Assembly (NCBI RefSeq): GCF_001194135.2
Contig: NC_068983.1
Span: 7,218,351 to 7,282,350, forward strand
Direction: 5' to 3'
Length of the DNA stretch: 64,000 nucleotides
DNA from: Octopus bimaculoides
Lineage: Eukaryota
In this document: in pieces, positions 63,031 through 64,000 of the stretch
Position numbering within the stretch: position 1 is the first letter of the stretch
Layout of the letters: each line of letters begins with the position of its first letter
Notes under the pieces: generated by a model
The model's input: the letters and a program-made list of their open reading frames with translations, nothing else
Databases searched by the model: none
What the model was told of the DNA's origin: nothing
Position numbers and translations under genes: made by a program

Positions 63031-64000
63031 TAAGGCAGCTGGATCGGGACAGACCCAGAATCTAACCAACAACATATAAACATGTTCATGTAACTGCGTT
63101 TCCAGGTTCAAATTCTGCCAGTACCAATTTAGCTAGACAACAATAAGATGATACAAGTACCAGTTTCATACAAGAGTCCATAACTATTTGCAGCTTCTAG
63201 AAGCAAAAAACAGAGAGGTGGATCAACGCCTTGTGTTTAATTGGATAAGATTCATCATCAACATTGTTTCAAAATCCACACTTCTATGCTTGCATGAGAC
63301 GGAGGGATAAGAAGTGATAAGTATACACAATCATTTGTATCCACTGGAAATATACACTACAGTAACAGGTTTCTTAAAAATAGTTATTGTTACTAAACCA
63401 TCAATACTTAGGATGTACAGAGCAAGAGAGAGGGAGAGAGAGAGAGAGGGAGAGAGAGAAAGAGATACTATGCGTATAGTATTGGGATGCACAGTTTTGC
63501 TCATTGGCTCCGTATCAATTAAACTCACTGAAGTATAACTATATAACTACACCATGTCAGAAATCAATAGTTAATGCAAGAAAGAAAGAAAAAAAAAATC
63601 AATATTTCAGGCAAGAAAACTTCTTCGTTATCATTATTGTTATATATTCCAAGGCAGAGATGGTAAAGCACTGGACCAAATGTTTTGCAACATTTCGCTG
63701 TGTCTATATTCAAGGTTCAAAAGTCACTGAGCACAACTTCGCCATCCATTCTTCTGGGCTCGGATTATAATAGGGTAGCACAAGTTATGTAAAATGTCTA
63801 TAATTGCAAAAACCAATTAATAACTGCTGCTTTGCTTGGATGAACAAAAGCTAAACAAAAAAATTTAAAGATCTTTCTATCTCTCTCTCTTTATCTCTCT
63901 CACTCTCTGTATGTATGTATGTATGTATGTATGTATGTATGTATGTATGTATGTATGTATGTATGTATGTGAATATATATATATATATATATATCTATAT

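Noticed and set aside
63331-63528. ORF MSLIDTEPMSKTVHPNTIRIVS... as candidate nischarin exon 1
   Set aside because: Runs through a (CT)n microsatellite and shows no convincing similarity to the PX N-terminal strand.

Overview
AT-rich eukaryotic genomic DNA with many N gaps and dense microsatellites and SINEs. The repeat types look cephalopod, probably an Octopus assembly (inference from recalled repeat families). One protein-coding gene is supported: a nischarin (NISCH/IRAS) orthologue on the minus strand. I traced 19 exons with GT-AG boundaries from a PX-domain exon at 41999 to the stop codon at 3645, about 1,780 aa without the first exon. The order is PX domain, LRRs, coiled coil, a 1,057-nt Ser/Thr repeat exon, a chain of very small exons, and a 2.5-kb terminal exon. 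One phase-switching microexon is unresolved and the first coding exon was not found. The introns hold tRNA-derived SINEs, hAT and Tc1/mariner MITEs, a mariner 5' fragment and LINE remnants. The most interesting signal is four unrelated intronic loci (7.4-7.8, 14.3-14.9, 35.6-35.8 and 37.0-37.1 kb) that each combine a minimal type I hammerhead-ribozyme-like motif with an inverted duplication. A fifth, (TA)n-anchored repeat carries a non-canonical version of the motif. This architecture points to several families of Penelope-mobilised retrozyme-like elements, one with a tRNA-type Pol III head. All structures were read by eye; no folding, alignment or database search was run.
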